From contig JAXLNO010000407.1 in NCBI GenBank assembly GCA_038087875.1, forward strand, positions 1-36,893: a stretch of DNA of 36,893 nt. Direction: 5' to 3'. Under the pieces are notes generated by a model, which had not been told where the DNA came from, did no database searches, and worked only from the letters and a program-made list of their open reading frames with translations. A program made the translations under genes and the position numbers. The first letter of the stretch is position 1. Each line of letters starts with the position of its first letter. Shown here one piece after another: positions 34,766 to 36,893 of the stretch. This DNA is from Malacoraja senta (taxonomy: Eukaryota).

Positions 34766-36781
34766 TAGATACATAGATACATAGAAAATAGGTGCAGGAG
34801 TAGGCCATTCGGCCCTTCGTGCCTGCACCGCCATTCAATATGATCATGGCTGATCATCCAACTCAGTATCCCGCACCTGCCTTTTCTCCATACCCGCTGA
34901 TCCCTTTAGCCACAAGGGCCACATCTAACTCCCTCTTAATTATTGCCAATGAACTGGCCTCAACTACCCTCTGTGGCAGAGAGTTCCAGAGATTCACCAC
35001 TCTCTGTGTGAAAACGTTTTTTCTCATCTCCGTCTTAAAGGATTTCCCCCTTATCCTTAAGCTGTGACCCCTTGTCCTGGACTTCCCCAACATCGGGAAC
35101 AATCTTCCTGCATCTAGCCTGTCCAACCCCATAAGAATTTTGTAAGTATCTATAAGATCCCCTCTCAATCTCCTAAATTCTAGCGAGTATAAGCCAAGTC
35201 TATCCAGTCTTTCTTCATATGAAAGTCCTGACATCCCAGGAATCAGTCTGGTGAACCTTCTCTGCACTCCCCCTATGGCTATAATGTCCTTCCTCAGATT
35301 TGGAGACTAAAACTGTACGCAATACTCCAGATGTGGTCTCACCAAGACCCTGTACAACTGCAGTAGAACCTCCCTGCTCCTATACTCAAATCGTTTTGCT
35401 ATGAAAGCTAACATACCATTCGCTTTCTTCACTGCCTGCTGCACCTGCATGCCTACTTTCAATGACTGGTGTACCATGACACCCAGGTCTCGCTGCATCT
35501 CCCCTTTTCCTAATAGGCTACCATTTAGATAATGGTCTGCTTTCCTGTTTTTGCCACCAAAGTGGATAACCTCACATTTATCCACATTATACGGCATCTG
35601 CCAAACATTTGCCCACTCACCCAGCCTATCCAAGTCACCTTGCAGTCTCCTAGCATCCTCCTCACAGCTAACACTGCCCCCCAGCTTAGTGTCATCCGCA
35701 AACTTGGAGATGTTGCCTTCAATTGTCTCATCCAGGTCATTAATATAAATTGTAAAAAGCTGGGGTCCCAGCACTTGCGGTAACCCACTAGTCACTGCCT
35801 GCCATTATGAAAAGGAGCCGTTTACTCCTACTGTTTGCTTCCTGTTTGCCAGCCAGTTCTCTATCCACATCAATACTGACCCCCCTATACCGTGTGATTT
35901 AAGTTTGTATACTAATCTCTTATGTGGGACCTTGTCGAATGCCTTCTGAAAGTCCAGATACAACACATCCACTGGTTGTCCCCTATCCACTCTACTAGTA
36001 ACATCCTCGAAAAATTCTATAAGATTCGTCAGACATGATTTACCTTTCGTAAATCCATGCTGACTTTGTCCAATGATTTCATCACTTTCCAAATGTGCTG
36101 CTATCCCATCTTTACTAACTGAATCTAGCAGTTTCCCCACTACCGATGTTATACTAACTGGTCTGTAATTCCCCGTTTTCTCTCTCCCTCCCTTCTTAAA
36201 AACTGGGGTTACGTTTGCTACCCTCCAATCCTCAGGAACTACTCCAGAATCTAAAGAGTTTTGAAAAATTATCACTAATGCATCCACTATTTCTGGAGCT
36301 ACTTCCTTAAGTACTCTGGGATGCAGCCTATCTGGCCCTGGTGATCTATCGGCCTTTAATCCATTCAATTTACCCAACACCACTTCCCGACTAACCTGGA
36401 TTTCACTCAGTTCCTCCATCTCCTTTGACCCGCGGCTCCCTGCTATTTCCGGCAGATTATTTATGTCTTCCTTAGTGAAGACAGAACCAAAGTAGTTATT
36501 CAATTGGTCCGCCATATCCTTGTTCCCCATGATCAATTCACCTGTTTCTGACTGCAAGGGACCTACATTTGTTTTAACTAATCTCTTTCTCTTCACATAT
36601 CTATAACAATTTTGCAGTCAGTTATCATGTTCCCTGCCAGTTTTCTTTCATAATCTATTTTCCCTTTCCTAATTAAGCCCTTTGTCCTCCTCTACTCGTC
36701 TCTGAATTTCTCCCAGTCCTCTGCTATGCTGCTTTTTCTGGCTAATTTGTACGCATCATCTTTTGATTTGATACTATCCCT
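34766..36781 (-). mobile_element. 5'-truncated degenerate CR1 LINE (second subfamily)
   Basis: NYRPVSITSV, QHGFTKGKSCLTNL, YLDFQKAFDKVPH, KFADD; stops and frameshifts; (atagatac)n tail. Confidence 0.94.
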
Positions 36782-36893
36782 CCATGAGGCGGTTAGATGG
36801 ATTTAAAGACGTTTAAAGGGAATTAGAGGGCATGAATGTGGTTTAAATGTGTTCAGAGGACTTTAGAGAGGTTTAGAGCGTTTAAGGGGGTTT

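Larger units (their letters stand above)
29960..36893 (+). repeat. Degenerate 10-bp G-rich satellite (TTAGAGGGGT)n, interrupted by retroelements
   Basis: Blocks at ~29960-31183, 31955-32049, 32507-32953, 34652-34765 and 36787-36893, all in the same orientation. Confidence 0.92.

Overview
Eukaryotic, repeat-dominated DNA, most likely from an elasmobranch (skate, ray or shark), judging by HE1/V-SINE-type SINEs, CR1 LINEs and Penelope remnants. There is no intact host protein-coding gene, and most long ORFs in the track are artefacts of micro- and minisatellites. The ORF track largely misses a scrambled, unprocessed TADA1 pseudogene on the minus strand. In transcription order it reads truncated exon 5, exon 3, frameshifted exon 4, exon 6, with a 1.2-kb duplicated intron-4 segment (exon numbering from my recollection of human TADA1). 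The pseudogene is cut off by a near-complete Ty3/Gypsy element (24081-28822). That element has no target-site duplication (TSD), and its right LTR sits inside the integrase of a second, related Gypsy remnant (28823-29959). This remnant opens onto a G-rich, telomere-like (TTAGAGGGGT)n satellite carrying CR1, L2 and Rex1-tailed insertions. The best reading is a rearrangement junction between a duplicated gene fragment and a satellite, possibly subtelomeric, domain. I found no convincing new enzymatic system. All calls were made by eye, with no database searches.
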